Below, in pieces: positions 63,951 through 64,000 of a DNA stretch of 64,000 bases. The number at the start of each line of letters is the position of its first letter. Within the stretch, counting starts at the first letter, position 1. The stretch is from Klebsormidium nitens (Eukaryota > Plantae > Klebsormidiophyceae). Made by a program: the position numbers and the translations under genes. The DNA is taken from contig DF236960.1 in the NCBI GenBank assembly GCA_000708835.1, positions 152,982 through 216,981 of the forward strand, written 5' to 3'. The notes under the pieces are model-generated. The model ran no database searches. It was not told the DNA's origin and saw nothing but the letters and a program-made list of their open reading frames with translations.

Positions 63951-64000
63951 CGCGCAACCTAGGGCGCTAGCCTAGTGGGGCTCGCTCGGGCCGTGCAAAA

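Overview
Eukaryotic, intron-rich, GC-rich plant/green-algal DNA. Exon/intron style and gene content suggest a streptophyte alga such as Klebsormidium (inference). I reconstructed four spliced genes by hand, with splice phases consistent at every junction. (1) A plant-type TauE/SafE membrane protein (+, 4961-9432). (2) A 12-exon gene for a ~5,230-aa protein that looks almost entirely disordered, with no recognisable globular domain (-, 32332-10785). (3) A plastid-type phosphatidate cytidylyltransferase, CDS4/5-like (+, 35662-43259). (4) A secreted polyprotein (+, 51546-55545): a signal peptide followed by five ~100-aa, nearly uncharged, Asn/Gln-rich 4-Cys modules separated by RK(L/M)L|QQ sites. 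These match the subtilase S1P RxxL motif and would regenerate the same QQ N-terminus that signal peptidase gives module 1; this is the best candidate for an undescribed system (a processed hydrophobin/repellent-like surface protein). A second recurring signal is that introns of three genes contain tandem, progressively decayed copies of the neighbouring exon boundary, splice site included. The rest is MITE/TE-like and decayed sequence, including a hAT-type MITE with an 8-bp TSD, plus an N gap at 63834-63950.
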